Below are positions 63,501-64,000 of a DNA stretch of 64,000 nucleotides, piece by piece. Position 1 is the first letter of the stretch, and every line of letters starts with the position of its first letter. The DNA is taken from the NCBI GenBank assembly GCA_964016885.1, contig OZ024758.1:34968001-35032000 (forward strand), written 5' to 3'. Under the pieces are notes generated by a model, which made no database searches, had not been told where the DNA came from, and saw only the letters and a program-made list of their open reading frames with translations. Origin of the DNA: Eledone cirrhosa. Lineage: Eukaryota. The position numbers were made by a program, and so were the translations under genes.

Positions 63501-64000
63501 CTGTCAGAAGTAACTCCACTGTTGGTGAGAATTCATATAAGTTCATGGTATTAGCTGTCAGAAGGAACTCCACAGTTGGTGAGAATTCATTTAAGTTCAT
63601 GGTATTAGCTGTCAGAAGTCACTCCACTGTTGGTGAGAATTCATTTAAGTTCATGGTACTAGCTGTCAGAAGTAACTCCACTGTTGGTGAGAATTCATTT
63701 AAGTTCATGGTACTAGCTGTCAGAAGTAACTCAACTGTTGGTGAGAATTCATTTAAGTTCATGGTACTAGCTGTCAGAAGGAATCCACTGTTGGTGAGAA
63801 TTCATTTAAGTTCATGGTATTAGCTGTCAGAAGTAACTCCAATGTTGGTGAGAATTCATTTAAGTCATGGTACTAGCAGTCAGAAGTAACTCCACTGTTG
63901 GTGAGAATTCATATAAGTTCATGGTATTAGCTGTCAGAAGGAACTCCACAGTTGGTGAGAATTCATTTACGTTCATGGTATTAGCTGTCAGAAGTCACTC
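51600..64000. repeat. Distinct satellite subfamily domain with GGAATCC deletion variant and irregular 0.5-2.9 kb duplications
   Basis: The TAGTTG and TAGTTTG variants are not seen after 51567. GGAATCC first appears at 53243 and recurs to about 63780, usually followed by CATATAAG and GGAACTCCACAG monomers. Offsets include 969 (53062/54031), 2529 (52147/54676), 1023 (56181/57204), 751 (58064/58815), 2576 (57204/59780) and 1882 (59780/61662). Confidence 0.85.

Larger units (their letters stand above)
1..64000. repeat. Satellite DNA array: 54-bp monomer, about 1,190 head-to-tail copies, truncated by both window edges
   Basis: Every line read matches the consensus GAATTCATTTAAGTTCATGGTATTAGCTGTCAGAAGTAACTCCACTGTTGGTGA with only a few substitutions or 1-2 bp indels per unit. 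The ORF track shows the same 18-aa periodicity on both strands throughout. No unique sequence or strand inversion was seen. Copy number is estimated as 64000/54 plus a small correction for net deletions. Confidence 0.99.

Noticed and set aside
197-63823. Hundreds of ORFs encoding (MVLAVRSNSTVGENSFKF)n on + and (MNLNEFSPTVELLLTANT)n on -, up to 294 aa at 11248-12132
   Set aside because: They follow from a 54-bp unit with one stop-free frame per strand. Frames are broken every few units by 1-bp indels and stop-creating variants that are themselves amplified. There is no unique N- or C-terminal domain, and common variants are often nonsynonymous. Only Ribo-seq or proteomic evidence would change this.
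1-64000. CRISPR array or other repeat-spacer system
   Set aside because: There are no unique spacers. The whole 54-bp unit is repeated contiguously, and no cas or other genes are present.
1-64000. Antigenic-variation or diversity-generating cassette library, or information encoded in the variant order
   Set aside because: The variant order is explained by nested tandem duplication. No expression site, recombinase, reverse transcriptase or adenine-specific mutation pattern is visible.
1-64000. Tandem small-RNA gene cluster (tRNA, 5S, snRNA, spliced leader or miRNA)
   Set aside because: The unit is only 54 bp, with no cloverleaf, no convincing Pol III A/B boxes, no T4+ terminator and no long hairpin.
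1-64000. Telomeric repeat or synthetic EcoRI-ligated concatemer
   Set aside because: There is no G-rich telomere-type motif. All units share one orientation, and the hierarchical shared variants (including ones that destroy the EcoRI site) indicate natural evolution and not ligation.
1-64000. Three monomers (162 bp) acting as a nucleosome-sized functional unit
   Set aside because: The arithmetic is suggestive, but I see no consistent 3-monomer periodicity in the variants, so it is not supported by the sequence.

Overview
The whole 64 kb window is one uninterrupted, single-orientation, head-to-tail tandem array of a 54-bp, AT-rich monomer. The consensus is GAATTCATTTAAGTTCATGGTATTAGCTGTCAGAAGTAACTCCACTGTTGGTGA (20/54 = 37% GC, no CpG, one EcoRI site per unit). 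There are roughly 1,190 copies, and the array runs off both ends. This looks like eukaryotic satellite DNA, but I do not recognise the family or the organism. I see no gene, RNA gene, transposon or CRISPR spacer. All ORFs in the track arise because 54 is divisible by 3 and one frame on each strand lacks a stop. The informative structure is in the rare variants: they show local, nested, non-uniform higher-order duplications (periods 216, 322, 697, 700, 751, 966, 1023, 1237, 1294 twice, 1991, 2417 and 4897 bp), variant-defined domains that recur up to about 25-30 kb apart, a sharp change of subfamily at about 51.6-53.2 kb, and a linked +1/-1 indel pair. Periods were derived by hand from marker positions and ORF-track offsets, not from a computed alignment. 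I found no sequence support for a novel protein-coding system.
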